The notes beneath the pieces were generated by a model. That model searched no databases and was not told the DNA's origin. It was given only the letters and a program-made list of their open reading frames with translations. A program made the position numbers and the translations under genes. A stretch of 63,670 bases of DNA, counting the filler, from Bigelowiella natans CCMP2755 (taxonomy: Eukaryota > Protista > Cercozoa), in NCBI GenBank assembly GCA_000320545.1. It is 7 parts of 7 records of this genome, joined end to end, with 100 filler letters (N's around TTAATTAATTAA, not from the genome) between each part and the next. Parts side by side here need not be neighbours in the genome. Positions count along the whole stretch, not along the records: positions 60,452 to 62,393 come from ADNK01000209.1; positions 62,494 to 63,670 come from ADNK01002438.1; 5 more parts are not named here. One strand, 5' to 3'. This document shows, in pieces, positions 62,251 through 63,670 of this stretch; the first letter of the stretch is position 1, and every line of letters begins with the position of its first letter.

Positions 62251-62664
62251 GGAAAAAAAACTAAACAGAAACATCTATCACAATAAATGAACTAGGCGGC
62301 CTCCTGGATAGGGAGGGATACGTATCGGCAAAACTAAGAATTATCAAATGCCTGACAGCCACCCTGAAAGGGATCGCTTAGAACTTGGGACCCNNNNNNN
62401 NNNNNNNNNNNNNNNNNNNNNNNNNNNNNNNNNNNNNTTAATTAATTAANNNNNNNNNNNNNNNNNNNNNNNNNNNNNNNNNNNNNNNNNNNNGGTTTGC
62501 GTTTCGCAGGGCTCCGTCTTGCAGCACGCCGCCGCCGCGCAGCAGATTGACGTCAAATGTTAAGTATCCTCCCTGGGTAGCGATTTTTTTGGGGGGGGGG
62601 CGGGCGAACAACAAAAGAACAGTGAACACACACACACACACACAGAGAGAGGAGAGAGAGAGAG

Positions 62665-62711
<47 letters not shown>

Positions 62712-62854
62712 CGCGCGACAACACTAAATACGCAAGTGACGTGAATACAATCCCGCGTGCCCTAAGTTGTGTGAGCACGGCACGGCGCTAAAATATCGTT
62801 CATGAGGAGGAGGTGCTCAGCAAGCACATATCACCGACAATAACACACCGACAG

Positions 62855-63153
62855 GATTACTTACACTCGCTTCCCCACGTGCGGGAGGCCGAAGTTGTCG
62901 GTGTGCCTGATGAGCGTTACGGAGAGGCGCTGTGTGCATTTGTGGTATGTTAGCCTCTGTCCCCCCCCCCCCCCCCCCTCCTCCATCCTCTCCGCGTGTA
63001 CGCGCGTGTGTATGCGTGCGCGCGCGTGTGTGTGTGTGTGTGTGTGTGTGTGCTTACGTGATTATTACTCTCATATGTTGTGTTGTTAAGGTTCCCAATG
63101 AAAAGGAGTTCCAAAATTGTATCGCGGACGCTCCAGAGGCCGCCAAGGAGGAG
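62855..63153 (+). CDS. AMP-binding enzyme (acyl-CoA synthetase) C-terminal domain exons
   Basis: Exon 62855-62944 DYLHSLPHVREAEVVGVPDERYGEALCAFV is the AMP-binding_C signature. Next exon 63091-63153 reads VPNEKEF... Confidence 0.8.
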
Positions 63154-63312
63154 GTTTGTTGTTGGCTAGGCTTTGACGCTTCTTCTTTGATATTGCATGC
63201 ATGTGTATTGCTGGATGCAGGGAAAGAAACTACTTGGGCACATTTGTAAAAGGGGGACGGGGGCGGGGGGTTGATAAGGATAAGGATTTATAGAACAAAT
63301 ATTATAAATATA

Positions 63313-63345
<33 letters not shown>

Positions 63346-63409
63346 GCTTGTGTATGTCGTACTTATATACCTCTATATTGTGCAATTTTGGAACTTGCTC
63401 TCATAACTC

Positions 63410-63478
<69 letters not shown>

Positions 63479-63670
63479 GGCGCGCTCTCGCAAGCGCGAG
63501 CGCGCGCGATAGCGAGATCAAGGGAGATATAAAATGAGTTAAAAACGAGATTCTCACGTTCGCATATATCGCCTGACGCCACACACTGGCAAGAATTAAC
63601 CAATTCGTCTTTAAGAGTGGCGAAGTCAATGCACGTACCAGCACGCGCAAGCGCATATACACCTATGCCA

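Overview
Intron-rich eukaryotic nuclear DNA from a draft assembly, with six 100-nt N gaps that each carry a TTAATTAATTAA linker. Introns are GT-AG and full of microsatellites. Genes with a signal peptide plus transit-like leader, together with flagellar genes, suggest a flagellated alga with a secondary plastid (chlorarachniophyte-like; inference). Recognisable genes: a WD40 protein, a six-domain copper-only SOD repeat membrane protein, LRRC56/ODA8, YKT6, tubulin cofactor D, a SnoaL/NTF2-like protein, a CS-domain protein, a SpoU/TrmH methyltransferase, an LC8-family dynein light chain, a multi-SRCR protein and an acyl-CoA synthetase fragment. The most striking item is a large minus-strand surface-protein gene (about 27.1/27.6 to 34.1 kb). 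Its N-terminal Reeler and Cys-rich unit is followed, inside one exon, by a membrane segment and a second, internal signal peptide ending exactly at HNWLRSPGRA. That His begins a roughly 200-aa domain with histidine-brace/LPMO hallmarks, followed by carbohydrate-binding-like modules, a Pro/Thr stalk, an SEA-like domain and a TM helix. The Cu-only SOD repeat protein carries the same SEA-like GSI(I/V) module. There is also a sharply TpA-depleted island and recurrent CATG/TGCA/TAGCTA-rich spacers behind gene 3' ends. All family calls come from motif recognition by eye; no searches were run.
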